Part shown: positions 1 to 13,452 of the stretch, piece by piece
Layout: each line of letters starts with the position of its first letter
How positions within the stretch are numbered: the first letter of the stretch is position 1
Assembly: GCF_025526975.1 (NCBI RefSeq)
Contig: NW_026515703.1
Coordinates: 62,001 to 126,000 of the forward strand
Source: Fimicolochytrium jonesii
Lineage: Eukaryota
Direction of reading: 5' to 3'
DNA length: 64,000 bases
Translations under genes and position numbers: made by a program
The notes under the pieces: generated by a model
Database searches by the model: none
Told to the model about the DNA's origin: nothing
Seen by the model: only the letters and a program-made list of their open reading frames with translations

Positions 1-1203
1 GAATTGGATAGCGAGGAATGCTTTGGGAGAGGCTTTTGGAACGAAGAAGCGGAAGCAGGCTATCAGGGCTTTGGAGAAGAATCAAGTGGACGTTGGTGGT
101 TTGTCGAGCGTCGCGGATGTGATCAAAACTGCGATCGATGAGAAGACCGCATCTATGCCCACACGCGGTAATGAATAAAGTGATTTTGGGTCCTTGCTCG
201 GCTGGAAGGAGGACTGATTGGGTCGTGTGAACAGAGGAAATGCGAGAAGCAGCGAAACAGGACCGAGGAATACCGCCTTACGACCCTGATGTACGTGTAC
301 TGAGAGGAAGAGCAGAGTGCGAGTTGCCAGCTCATGATCTGATTCTGATATGCAACATATAGGCAAAAACGCCGGCGGAAGTGTACGATATCAACCAACT
401 ATGCAGTCCCGGAGAGCTCAAAGCTCTCACTTGGAAGCCAATTTGGAAAGCAGCGAGCTTCGACGAAGCCAAGCAGCTTTTGGCCCCTATTAGGTTTGCA
501 TTGTCGGTGTAATTACTCTCTAAGTCATAGCCATCGTTTTGACGGATGTCCTTGCTGTTTCCAGTCCGACTTCCTGGGTATTGGAGCGCATCCATACTCT
601 GCTCCAAGTGAAAACCGACATCGTCAAGTTTCAAAGGGTGGGTGCCAACACAGATGCGGCACAGAGTTCCTGTCTCACTATGCTGCCGAAACCTTGACCA
701 TTACGCTAATCCTGCACCCTCCTCACCACAGCTTCTCTACCTGGCATACATGATGAAATTCTACACCCTGAAAGACAAAGCCCTCAACAGTAAATCCGTA
801 GCTGCAAACATCGGCAATGCACCCCAGATAGTTGCCGACACCTTCATGCAGCGCTTCACCGAGTACCAGTCGGACGAGGGCCGCACAAAGTACAGGATAT
901 CCCCGAAACTGAAGGACACTCTGTTAGCGTTCATCATTGCCCTGGCACTGAGCTTGAATGATTTCAAGTTGGATTTGAGCCATTTGGCGGGGGATATGGG
1001 CATTGGCCTTACAAGGTGAGCCCGCTTGCTGGTGATTCCGGGGTTGAGGGTGATTGGGCGCTGATATGGGAATCGTACGCAGAATGAACAAGGTCGCGCG
1101 CGAGCTCGGATGTCGATCGGAGCTCAAGAAAGACGAGACATCACAACAGCGAAGATGGGTCTCACTGGTGGTGCCCCTCAGTTTCCCAACGAAGTCACGA
1201 TAA
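1..1203 (+). CDS. RPA49: RNA polymerase I subunit A49 / PAF53-like (5' end outside window; multi-exon)
   Basis: Frame from nt 2 reads NWIARNALGEAFGTKKRKQAIRALEKN, matching the Rpa49 'RNALGEAFGTKK' motif. After the intron at ~1016-1082 the last exon reads MNKVARELGCR...LVVPLSFPTKSR-TAA(1201-1203). Confidence 0.85.
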
Positions 1204-1423
1204 ACTGGCACACCGCAACACCGTCAGAGCCATTCACCCATCTTCAAGCATACATCAATTATCCTATTTAAGCTTTATCATTTCAATTTTTTAAATACAC
1301 ATCGCTGGTGGTGCAACAGTGCGTTGCATACCACGATCATCCCCCTGACGCGTTGTCCGTGCCCGTTCAGAATATGCGTTTCGGCAAATGCATCTCTCTC
1401 ACCTTCCAATTTCAACACGACGA

Positions 1424-1457
1424 GGAGGATGAGAAGGATGAGAAGGATGAGAAGGAT
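1424..1457. repeat. Short tandem repeat (GAGAAGGAT)x3-4
   Basis: gaggatgagaaggatgagaaggatgagaaggat, lying between convergent 3' ends. Confidence 0.8.
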
Positions 1458-1810
1458 ATATACAGAATTGACTCCACAGGTTTATTAGACTTCGAGTGCC
1501 GAGAAAAACGCCGCGAAAATGGGGAGTCCACGCCTCACTACACTATATGAGCTGGTCTGCCATATACCTACATCGCGCGCGTGATTATATACATATGCAG
1601 ATGGACCGAAAGACTGCCCAACTGGCTGACGGTCTACCCCATCCCATCCAACCAATAATTCCGGCACTGCTCGGCCTCCAAGGCGCTCACCCAAAAGGGG
1701 GCTCGCAGGCGCTCGCAAACTCCGCTGGATTGCGGTAAATGCTCCTCCTTCTCAGCCAACCTGGCTTCCGCCCCGGTATGGGGCCCACGCAGTCGGGTAA
1801 CCTGATGGTC

Positions 1811-3978
1811 TCAATCCATCCCAGCTCTCACCCTGAGGACTTTCACCCAGACCTCAGCAGCCGCGATGATGACGGCAAACACGATTAGTATAATGATGAT
1901 CCATGTGATGTACGTCATTTCGTTGACATTCATATGGTCGCAGAGCCTTCAGCGAGAGATATTAGACCGCTTGCGAAAGAGGATCGCCAAATCTGCCAAC
2001 CACTCACATGTCGAGTAAATCCGAAATAATGTCCGCTCTGGTGTTGAGCAGTTTCGCCCTCTGTGAGATTTCGAGATACCCTACAAAGAGAGGGTGGTGA
2101 GCTGCCACTTCTCAGAGTCGGACGACTCTCACGTTGGCGTACCTCTGATGGCGGAATACAACCCCTCCAACTCCGGCTCACTCCAGAACAACTCCGGGGT
2201 ATCTGTTCATCAAAGCCGACACCGTCAGATTCCCTGACGACCATCGTTCACGGAAACGTCTTCTCACAACCCACCAAGAACATTGCTGATCAGGTTCACA
2301 TTCATCTTCAGCTTGAACAGCTGCCCAACAATCTTCATCACATCGGTACGCGTCATCCTGACTTCGCCATGGGTCGCCATCGCTCGTGGAAGTGGGATGG
2401 TGCCGTCAATCGTTTCCTCCATGACATTCTCGAAGAAAGCCAGTTTCACTGATTGTGCCAATCCGTGTGATATCGTAAGTTTGATGAGCTCGTTTCCACT
2501 CTTCAGGCTGTCAAGGGCGGAACGAGTCAGAATAACAGGAAGTGAATGCATGGAAACGTCGCTCAACCGTACGTGATCATGTCGTTGAAAATGCGCGGCT
2601 GGTGAGGACCATATATGTCGTATTGGTAATGAAAGTCTTCATTCTCGCAGTCATCTGAAGTAGACGGTCAGATGCGAAACCATAGTCCCAAAAAGCCTCC
2701 GCGTGACTTCAGCAGCGTACCTTTTGGTAAACCTCCGACGGTGAACTTCTGTATGATCTCTAGTAGCTTGTTCTCTTCTTGTTCACTCAGATTCCAGAAC
2801 ACTAACGAGCAACGCAGGGGGTCAGCTTTACGCCAACCGCAGGAGAACAGTTGAATACGAAACGCTTACCTGCTACTCCGTAATCGAATATAAACACCTC
2901 TCCGCGTAACATCCACGGAGGTTGACTTATCGACTCGTCCCCATCTGGTGTCCCCTGATGTTGCTGTATCACATTCTCGTCATTGTACACATGAGGAATC
3001 TCTGGAAAGTTCACATAGCTCCCCGGCATGAAACCCGGAGACCTAGGACTGTTCTGTTGCTCCCTGGGCGTGCTGTTACTGTGCCGAGACGGGGTGTCAC
3101 ATGTTTAATGTAACGTCCGTCGCGCAAATGTTCAGTATATCGTAACAGAGGTCTAACATACGCTGTCATCTTCACTGGCTTTGCAGGAACCTGTCGACCC
3201 CCCAGTAACCGTGCTTGCGCCTCAGGCTCGTAGTAAATGTATAAACACTCGTCGTACTTCTTTGGCGTTACATGGTGAGCGATTCGCAGGTGTTTGGAAA
3301 TTTCCTCGATTTTGTACCCTTCCGCAATGCAGTAACTCGTGACTGCGAGTTTGCCGTCAGTTCACACGCTTTCAATCATCGTGAAGCTCTTCCGCTGAGC
3401 AACGCCTCATACCTCGGGGCAGTTTCGTCCTTTGTTCCTTGTTCATTCGTTCCGCGTCGGTCCTAGCCGCATCCGGTACGACATCCGGCACAACGACCTC
3501 ATTGTAGTTCATGTACCACGGCACACCATCCCTCTCCTCTATCCCCGTTGGGGGGTGAACCGGCGTCGGCCCACTCTCGTCAGGGAAAAGCACCAATTTC
3601 TGCGTGGTCTTCGTCGTTCGCTGCGGTGCTATCTGCCTGGTTCCCACGCCTGCTCGTCCACCCCTTCGCGCTCTGAGCTGCGATACATGGAATTGCGGGA
3701 CCTGTTGCCCTTGAGCTGGTGGGAACGAAGCGCCGTACGGAGACATTGCTGAAGTTCTCTGAGTGTGTAAACGTGGGTCAGGGTGGGCCATGATCGGGAT
3801 TGGGAGACGAAACGGTGCTTACCGGGTAGGAGTCCACATATGGGTTGTGCGCAAGAACCTCATTCGAAAGGTTCTCCACTTCCCGCTCCCGCTCCCGTTC
3901 ATGTTGTTCAATTTCGAAATGAAGGCTGACGGTCTCCGCACGAGCAGGTAACGGCCGACGTTTGATAAATTCGTTCAT
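1811..3978 (-). CDS. RMD1/RMD8-family DUF155 protein with C-terminal TM helix (multi-exon)
   Basis: Exons encode PQRTTKTTQKLVLFP and ISHGLAQSVKLAFFE...IVGQLFKLKMNVNLISNVL, then terminal MTYITWIIIILIVFAVII...RAGMD-TGA. Start codon is approximate. Confidence 0.8.
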
Positions 3979-4303
3979 ATCTGGCGTCACAGACTTCTTA
4001 TCGTCGGTTGGCGGGAGACCTTGAAGAGTACAGAGAGCTCTCTGCTTTCTATCTATAGACTTCCTTTAGACACCTTGTCTGCTTTTTCAAGATTTAACAG
4101 GTCGTTTGAGAGGAAGTCAACGCAAAACTCGCAACATGGGAAGCCATTGCGTATGTAATCGAAAATCAAACGTCGCTTCTGGCCGGCCTCCTCCGTCTCC
4201 TTCGTCAGCGGCGACCCGACAGTTTGTGACTATATAATGCATATGGCTACTATTGTACCAGATCGTGCATCAGACTACTGTACGAAGGGAGGCCATTCCA
4301 TTG

Positions 4304-5941
4304 CTAAGCCAATTCGGGTTCCGGTTTCTTCAAGAGCTCCTTCAAAATGCGGGCTTGCAATCGGGCTATCTCCTTCCTATACTTATTTCTAACTGCTTCG
4401 GCTTCCTCTGACAGTTTGACTTCCTTCTTAGGGGCGCCTGCCCGTAACGAACTAATGGGTGGCCTCTTGTTCACTGCACACCCAGCAATGATGGCTTCCT
4501 TGAGCACCTGATCATCCTTCCACCTCGCTTGATCCTTCGCAGTCAGATGAAGCCGTAACAGATCCACAATCGAGGAGCAGTGGGGCAAAACAGCCGTGAC
4601 GTCCCAGGTCTCGACACCGAGATGAAGATTGTCGAGCGCCATGTTGGATACGGCATACTGTGCCCGAGAGTAGGCGCTGTCCAGCGGATCCGTGTGCATG
4701 CGATGGAGCCAGCGTTCGGTCAAGATGTCTATCATGTCTCGGTGAGCTGTGGGGGGTAAATCATGGTTAGCTGATGGCCACGCATAGAATCAAAAACGAT
4801 ACTCGAGCATACCGGAAAGCGGTTGGAACTGCCGACAGAGTTGTAAGGAGTATATCAAATCGCGTTTGCTGTTCGGTAGTCGTGCAATAGCCGTGGACAC
4901 CAATGTGACGCTTTGCGATGGTGGTGATGCGGTTTGTGTATCGTCACGAAAGTAGGCGTTCGCAAGGGCGCCGACAAGCCCTATCACCCATTCCTGCATC
5001 TTATATGGTACGCGGAACCCTTTCTTTGTTGCGCAAAGAAGCCATACAATGACTGACATGATTTGATGAGGTGATCAGCAATGTCCCTCAGCCCAGTTGT
5101 GCTTCTCCTCATTTGAACTTCTTACCAGGATATTGAGAATTTGGCACAGCCTCTGCCAAAATAATAGCTGAGAGGGACTGGAAGAATGCCGCCGCATCCA
5201 CATTCATGAACTCATACGCCGTTCGCCTCGCTAGTTGAGCGTTTCCCGCTCGAATGCACAAAACTAAATGCGACTGTAATAATGGAATGGAGGCCCGTGG
5301 ATATTGGTGTTGCATGTTGTAAACGTGTATTTGCTCTTCTGAGGACATATCCGTGCAGAGCTGAAGTCAAATGAGCTGGGACGATCGAGGCCATGATCAA
5401 GCGAAGATCGGTAATGTGCACATACTGTCAAGATATGATGCTGGTCCCGCCATGCAATCTCTGTTTCGTATCTCGTTCGCCGTCGGGTATCCCTCAAAAA
5501 CTTAGCACTCGTAGTACTCCTGTCCAAGTAGAAATATCGAGGGATCGAAATTTCCTTCAAGGTGGCGTTGGTGGTTTCTGATGGTGCCTCAGCAAGTTGT
5601 ATACGGTCTTTCGAGGTCGCCTGGAAGTGGTCTCGAATGGAAGGTTGTGCCGCTGCAGTCTCCGCTGTTCGAGGTCGCTTAGCCGGCCGGTGGTTACTTC
5701 CCCCATTTGAGGCCGATAATGGGTCATTGGATTCACCGCGTCTCCCGACCTTTTGGCCATTCGAAGACGCATGGCTTGCAGTCTGAGACCTTCCGGACCC
5801 CTCTCGTTCGTTCAGTTCGGCCCTCACGGTTCCCCAAGACAGGGGTTTCACACGGCTTATCTTGGCATCCGCGTCAGAACGGGCTGTCGATTCTGCAGAG
5901 GAAACCCTCACTACCCTGTTCGAACTCTGTGTCCCATCCAT
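4304..5941 (-). CDS. Uncharacterised protein: disordered N-terminus plus helical domain (multi-exon)
   Basis: A GTATGT..CAG intron joins ...WRDQHHILT|LCTDMSSEEQ...ASIPLLQSHLVLCIRAG. Further exons read IVWLLCATKKG...WVIGLV, LIYSLQLCRQF and WDVTAVLPHCSSIVDLL. Confidence 0.65.
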
Positions 5942-6705
5942 CACTGTCGAGTGCGCTTTTGCATCCTCTGTCGAGGGAGGAGTCGATCTTGGGTTCTTAG
6001 CAGTTCCGCGCGCCAGTGTAAGATCCCTGGCAAAGATCGAAGCTTCGGAACACGATATACGCAAAACTCCTGAGGCCTCTGTCTCTACTGACTCGGTTCT
6101 GCAGATAGATTGTAATATATCGATAGATCGGTAGATAGATTGAAAACAGGGTGAGCGTGAAATCGCGCGTTCTCAAAAGTTGGGAAAATCGAAAATTGCG
6201 TTCTGTCAACTCGAAGCCCATATCCCTCCCTCACACATACAGTAGATACTGGACAATAACTATGAAATGGATGTAGAGTTGAGTAGTGAGCTAGCTGAGA
6301 CATGTACTGTACAGTATATAGAGGGGCCAGCCCGGTCTGCTCAGAATCCATCCACCTGGTGTCCGTCGTGCTGCGTGCGAAGCCATGTAAAACTTGCGTC
6401 GACACGTTCCTTTTGCTTGAACCTGCGGCGAACCTTCCCTCGTGCCAAGTGCCCTCGAAGATGTCACCCACGAGTCTAGGACCCGATACAATCCCGCAAA
6501 AAAACCGACAGCGCTCTCACAGTGCTCGGCGCGCAGTGATGGAAACGCGTCGGATAGTCAACGCGTCCCCCCTAGCTGTCCCGCCCGTCTCCTCGAGCCT
6601 TCTGTACCACAACCCTTCCATAGATCCATGGGTTGCCGCCGCTTTCTCTTTCTCTTCAAGCGCATCCCTCCCTCCCCTCCCCTCCCCAAGCCCAGCCGTC
6701 GGCGT

Positions 6706-6713
6706 ATATAAAG
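6706..6713 (+). promoter_or_regulatory. TATA box of the dioxygenase-P450 gene
   Basis: TATATAAA about 115 nt upstream of ATG 6824, preceded by a CT-rich tract. Confidence 0.55.
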
Positions 6714-6823
6714 AGGGACGACGGCGTACTTCGCAGCATTTTCGTTGCATATTGTGAAACTAGTCTTGTCAACTTCCATCAGTGCGTAGTATTGCGCGAT
6801 ACCCTTCAACCTTAGTCGCCATC

Positions 6824-9800
6824 ATGCAAGGCATTGAGAAAGTACGTCGACCATCCCTGTGGCACGACCGACATATGATTTCATCGTTAGTCATATTCAA
6901 ATGTTAGAAGTCGCTAACATTTCATCTTGTTTCGTTTCCCACCCATCTTTGCCACTCTAGCTTCGTCAGCTTGTGGAGACAGTCTTTCGCAAGCCATCAT
7001 CCGCCCCGGATGGCCTAACGGACGCCGAGGCTGCGGGGCCAACGGTCGAGAAAAAGAAAACCGGTGCCCTACATGATATCATTCACCTTGGACCGAAAGG
7101 GGATTATACCCTCGGGCAACTCATCGCGGCCTTCACCAGTGGGGAGCCGATGAACGATCGCGATTTGCTTTTGGAGCATATTCTCATCATGCTACAAAAG
7201 CTTCCCCCGAGTTCCGGCCTGAACGAACAGATTAGTGGGTCCTTGATCGGAATGCTCTGGAATGATCTGCCGCATCCCGCCGCCACCACGGTTTCTGCGA
7301 CTGACAAGTATCACAGCGCGGATGGGTCCGGAAACAACATCTGGACTCCTGAACTCGGCAAGGCTGGCTCCGCGTATGCACGCAGTGTGCAGCCTTGCAA
7401 GCCCAAATCGCCTTCCCTCCCCGATCCCGAACTTGTCTTTGATCAGCTTCTGAGGAGGAGAGGACCGTTTAGGGAGCACCCTTCTGGGCTCAATCGCCTG
7501 TTCTTCTCATTCGCGACCATCGTGATTCACGAACTATTTCAAAGCAACACGCATGAACCGTGGAAAAACAACACTTCTAGCTACGTCGACCTGAGTACCC
7601 TCTACGGGAACAATGCGGAAGAGCAGAAACGCGTGCGCACGTATGAGAACGGGCGGATCTTCCCAGATACTATCGCCAGTGATAGGTTGATCCAAATGCC
7701 TCCTGGCGTCGTGGCGATCCTCATCATGTTCTCTCGAAACCACAATCACATCGCCAGTCGCCTTTACCAAATCAACGAACTTGAGAAGTACAAGCCCTGG
7801 GAGACATTAGACGAAGACAAACAAAAGTGGCAAGACAACGACATCTTCCAGATTGCCCGCAACATCAACATTGGGTTCTTTGCGAATGTGGTGCTCAGGG
7901 ACTATGTGTCCGCGATTCTCAACACGCTCCGTCAGGACACTGATTGGTATCTCCCGCTCGGCGCTGAGTTCAAGATTGGGCTGGGCGGCAAGCGCCTCGC
8001 CCGAGGATCGGGGAATGTAGTGTCGGTCGAATTTGCCGTACTCTACCATTGGCACGCAGCGCTCTCTGCCGCCGACGCCAAGTGGATTGATGAGACTTTC
8101 AGGAAGGACTTTGGCGTTCAAAACGCGGACGAGATTACTCCGGGGCAGTTCTACAAAGCAGCTGGGGAAATTGCCAAAAAGCTTAACCAAACACCGGCCA
8201 AGGAATGGACCTTCGGGGGCTTGGAGCGTAACAAAGATGGCCGTTTCAACGATGAAGAGCTGGTCAATCTGATCAAGGATTGTACGGAAAGCCCAGCTCA
8301 TGCTCTTGGCGCCAGAGGTGTCCCGTCTGCGCTCAAGATCGTCGAGATCATGTCGCAACTGCAAGCGAGGAACGTATTCAACGTTTGCACGCTGAACGAG
8401 TTTAGGAAGTATCTCAACCTCACTCAGTACAAGTCCTTCCAAGAGTGGAACCCAGATACGGACGTCGCGGCAGCAGCTGAAGCCTTGTACGGCCACATTG
8501 ATAACTTGGAGTTATACCCAGGGCTCGCTGCTGAAGAGACCAAGCCTTTCATGGGCGGGAGTGGTATGTACACTGCGCATCCACCGATGATTCGCATTTT
8601 GAGAGACTAATTTCCGATTGCTTTTACTCATAGGTCTTTGCCCTGGACAAACAACAGGAAGGGGTATTTTGGATGATGCTATCGCACTTATTCGAGGCGA
8701 TAGGTTTCTCACCTACGACTGGAACACGACAACGCTCACTAATTGGGGTCTGGCCCAGGTCACTTCCACCCCCGGAGGGTTCGGAGGGCTTCTCGGCACT
8801 CTGCTCTTCACCGCGTTCCCAGAAGGTTTCACGGGCACGTCTACCTATGCGTTGTTGCCCTTCTACACGCCCAAGGCGATCAAAAAGATCCTGGAGGATA
8901 ACAAAGTGCTCGAGCAGTACGACACGACGAGGACTTCCAGCAATATTCGTATCGTCGGCATCCACTCGTATGAGGGCTGCAAGAAAGCATTTGATGATCG
9001 GGCAACGTTCGCGACCATGTACAACAAGGCCATCCCTACTGTCAGCGACGGCAAACAGTTTCTTATCGGATGGGACAACCAGCAACAGCACGATGTTCGC
9101 TCCAAGATCCTTCACAGTGCGTTCTACTACCCTGAATTCGAAGATGATCTTATCAGATTCTACAAGCAGACCATTCCCGTCTTGATCAAGAAAAAAACTT
9201 TAGCGTTCGCCAACAGCACGAGGCGCCAAATTGACATTGTCAGGGATGTCTGCAACACAGCGCCGATCCTCTGGTTGGCTCAGAAATTCGCCATCCCCAT
9301 CAAGGATGACGAGCACCCCAAGGGGTTGCTGGCAACTCCGGAGCTGTTTGGCATCCTGTTGGTCCTCTTCGTGTACTGCTCGTTCAACATCTTGCCCAAA
9401 TCCGAGTGGACCCTCCGCGCCAAAGCGATCGAAATGTCATCCCTCCTTCGCGCCATCCTCAAAGCCCGTGTGCAGACCAACACGGGCGGTATTACCGAGA
9501 AAGCGGTCGACTGGTTGACGCAAGGGACCGCCTATGAGGTGTCTCCGGAAGCGACCAAGATGTACAACGGGCTCAACAAGTCCGGCTTGTCCTCGGCGGA
9601 CATCGTAGGCGACTGCATCGGAATGATGGTGCCGATTGCGGGTAACGTCACGCAGCAAGCAACTTTGCTGGTGGACTTGTTCCTCAGCGACGGCTACGAG
9701 CAATACAAAAAGCGCATCGTCGAGCTCGCCCACCGTGACGACAAAGAGTCCGACGAGGAGATGATTGGATGGGTCTTGGAGGGCATGCGTCACTCGGGCA

Positions 9801-10364
9801 CCGTGCCTGGCTTGCCCCGCGTGTGTACGAAGGACACGAAGTTCCAGGATGGAGATAAGGTGGTGGAGATCAAAAAGGGTGAGAAGGTGTTGATCGCCAT
9901 ATCTAAGGCGTCGATGGACCCTAAGGGCTTCCCCAACCCGGAGAAGCTTGATCCCAAGCGTCCCCGTCACTCTTACCTCTTGCTGGGATGGGGCTTGCAC
10001 TTCTGCTGTGAGTATGCCTCCCCTTAATGACTTCATCTATGTTCCGGAACGCTGATCCATCCCCGTTTTTTCCCTTCAGTCGGCGCCCGTCTCGTTACCG
10101 CGACCCTCTCTACCATGATGAAGGAGGTATGTATTCATTGACCACAGTGCATCACGCCCCGGACCTCCCCATCCAAATTCTCATCTTTTCCAAACCCGAC
10201 TTTAGATCTTCAAATTGAAGAACATCCGCCGTGCCCAAGGTCGCCCAGGCCGCCTCGCTGTGATCACCGAAGAGCTCGCCGGCATCGATGCCAAGCTCTA
10301 CCTCGACCGCAACTGCTCCGAGACGCCTATTCCGACGTCTATGAGGATTGAGTTTGACGCTTGA
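6824..10364 (+). CDS. Fatty-acid dioxygenase (heme peroxidase)-cytochrome P450 fusion, Ppo/linoleate diol synthase family (5 exons)
   Basis: Peroxidase half: LWNDLPHP, ADGSGNN, IHELFQS, SSYVDLSTLYG, EFAVLYHWH, TLNEFRKYLNL, DNLELYPGL. P450 half: EGMR (ExxR) and spliced GWGLHFCFG (heme Cys). Stop TGA 10362-10364. Confidence 0.9.
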
Positions 10365-10893
10365 GCTTGGCAGTTGGGCTTGGGATATATATAGTGGTGG
10401 GGAAAAGGAGGGATTGCGGGCAAAGTATGGGGGACATACGGTCGGAATTTGATACTTGTATGGGTGGGCTGGCAGAGAGGATCTTTCGGTCCGATGGGGT
10501 GGATGCCATGCGAGATGTATTTATACCCACTGAACATGGCTAAATAACTGCGGAACTGCGAGTCTACGAGTCTTCGAGTCTGACGAAACCGTCAGAATAT
10601 TATCAGAGTCGGAGTGGCACGCGATTGCGGTTTACGGGAGCTGGGCGCGTCGAGTTTCCCACTCCCTATTCCCGTAAACGCAGAGCAGTGCTTCAAACCC
10701 ATTTGAGAAAAACCGCCAGATTCCAAAGTGCGTTTCAACAAGCCAAATACGATCGAAATCACATCGATGCTATACAAAAATTGAAAGTGCGTGGGTGGGC
10801 ATATTAAGTTACATTGGGGGAGCCGGTGGGCCTAGTCGAGGGGCGACTACTCTGGACTAGAACAGAACTGCGATTGAACAGGGAGGGATGTGT

Positions 10894-13038
10894 CTACTTC
10901 TTTGCAGCCTTCTCCGGCGTCGCGGCCTTCTTCTTCTGGATGGCTGGGGCTCCTTGCTGTTTGCGCAATGACTCCTTTTTTGCGCGCAAGTTGTCGGCCT
11001 GAGTACCAAAGTATTGAGTTAGTCAGATGATATGAACGGCACATATTCCGAGTGTCACACAGCAACTACTTACCGCATCAGCCTTCCTCTGCTTTCCAAA
11101 CTGGATCTTGTTGTACAGATGCTTGTCCTTCTTGCTCATCATCATGATGGCAAGCTCCTTACGTTCCCGCTCCTCAGCCTCCGCCGCCGTCTCCTTCTTG
11201 GCCGCTTTGACATCAGCACCCTTCTTCTTCTGCTTCTTTCCGTCGGCCGGTAATGTTCCAGCCGCCTTCTGTTGCAGGTACTCGCTGAACGACAGACCGG
11301 CGGCTTCCGCGGCAAGCTCGGCCTGGTGGAGGGCTTCTTCGTCGTCATCTTCGGCATCTGCCTCCTCTTCCTCGTCGAGTTCTTCCTCTTCTTCCTCCTC
11401 TTCTTCGTCGACCTCCATCGCGTCTTCACCGGCACCGGTGGCGGCCAGGGCAACCTCCTCCTCATCGGACTCGGAGGACACATCCATAGCCTCTTCGGGG
11501 ACGTAGTCACCTTCTCCTGGGTTGGCGAAAGGTGAGAGATGCGGCGGGAGGGTCTCTCCGGCGTGGTAACCGGCCGTGCGTACCAACTTGCGGGCGTTCA
11601 CGGAATCGTACACCCATTGTGGCTGAAGATATTCTCTCCTTTCGTAGCGCTTCGGGCCAACTGCTGCGGGCTTTCCATCAGCGGCAGGGGTGTGTGTGGC
11701 AACGGGAGGGCGATCGATGATGTGGTGGGTGATGCGGGTGTCGTCCTCTGCGAAAGGAGACCCAGCTCCCGATGAGGCGTCCCAGCCGACTTCACCGCCA
11801 AAGGCCCGGATGACGAATTCAAGCGAGTATCGAGGAACCTCGCGGGACAGCCAGAACACACAGCCCTTGAAGAGCTTCTGGAGTCCGGTGAGCTCGGACA
11901 CCTTGTCCTGCCATGCCGTGAGGGTCGGTACCGTCTCCTCTTGGGAGGTAGCCGGGACCGCTGCCTGTGGCACGTCAGATACATCGACATCCTCGTCATC
12001 CTTGGTCGTCTCTTCGCCATCTGCTTCCTCAGTCTCGTTGATTTCCGCAATCTTTTCAGCCAAAGACTCCAAGCGCTTTGCTGTCTGCTTCCTTTGTGAC
12101 CTATCGGCCCGCACCAAACCGCCCTGGGGAATCTGGGCGGAAATTTCGCTGACAACGTCTTGTCCCCCCGCATTCTCCAAGACGTACGCGGTCAAACCGG
12201 CAGCGGCCGAGTCACGCTCCTCGTCGAGCTTTGGTGGGTAGACCAAGTTCAGCTCGCGGTACAGCTTGAAGTTCACAAATCCAAGCAATGTCTCGTACAG
12301 CTCCAAGAATGTGGACATCACGCGGAAGTCGACGTCGGTGGGTACGTGTTGGGAGAACTGGTAAGGGACAATCCAGGTGATCAGCTCTCCCTTGATTTCA
12401 GCCTGGTAGTAAATCCCCTTGATGGACAGGAAGACTTTTCGTAGACTGTGAGAGACCATGATGTAGTGTTGGAACTCGGCGCTCAACCGTTGGCAAGTGC
12501 GGACGTGCTCCGCCTTGATCTTATCCGTGGTCGGCAGGGTGGCAAAGAGGAAGATCATGGACAAAGCGTCGTCCAAATCACGGAGAGCATCGACGAATGT
12601 TGGGTAGCGCTCCTTGATGATGTGATCCAAAGTGTACTCTGGTCGCTGTTCCTCCAAGCTCTTCGCCCGTGTCCATTCTTGCTTGGCAATGGCTTTGCTA
12701 AGCTTCCTCGCGAACACTTTTTGCTCACGGAGTTTATGCAGCACAGGCTCGTGAAGAAGGTACTGGATATCTTTCCGGTAGTAGTACGTCCTCGCCGCGG
12801 TAGAACCCTTTCCGACCTTCTTCTTGTTGCGGGGTTCGCGGGGGTACACACCCTTTAAAATGCACAGACGCCTTTCCGAATGCAACGGCACATGAGCCGA
12901 CACTTCCAACCCAATTAATAATCACAGAACTACGTACCTGAAATGCGCCAAGCTGATTTGAAGCTTCTTGATAGCTTGGCCACGAGTAACATAGTTTGTG
13001 ACCGCACCCTTCTCTCCTTTCTTCAACTTTTTGCCCAT
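10894..13038 (-). CDS. NOP7: Pescadillo / Nop7 ribosome biogenesis factor with BRCT domain (3 exons)
   Basis: MGKKLKKGEKGAVTNYVTRGQAIKKLQISLAHFR|RLCILKGVYPREP, ERYPTFVDALRDLDDALSM, BRCT segment LSREVPRYSLEFVIRAFGG...QPQWVYDSVN, acidic tail. Confidence 0.95.
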
Positions 13039-13452
13039 TTCTGCGTTGTTCCGTGCGAAAGTAAGCCTAGAAAGTGGAAGCCTGTCAGCGCTACAAGCTC
13101 CTCTGAGCGTAGCTCTAATGGGACAGTGCTATCGAGCAGCACTTACAGAAGGAATGTTAAAGGTTGAACACAGGCACTTGGGGAGCAAGAAAACTTGAGG
13201 AAAGCCAACATCAAAAGCAGGGACAGGCCGGTATCATGTCATGCGCAGTCACGTGATCTGAAGCAGATTTAATGAGGTGATGACCCACGCATTTTGGCAC
13301 CCAGACGACCAGGTTCGACAATGCGAGCCAGCGAGCCATCTTCCCACCACGCTGCCCGCAATCGCAAATAGAAGGTCCCAGCTGTGCCGCTCTTTTCCGC
13401 ACCATCCCTCGACGAAAAGGAGCTGTGACCACTCTCATAAACCCGTAAAGCC

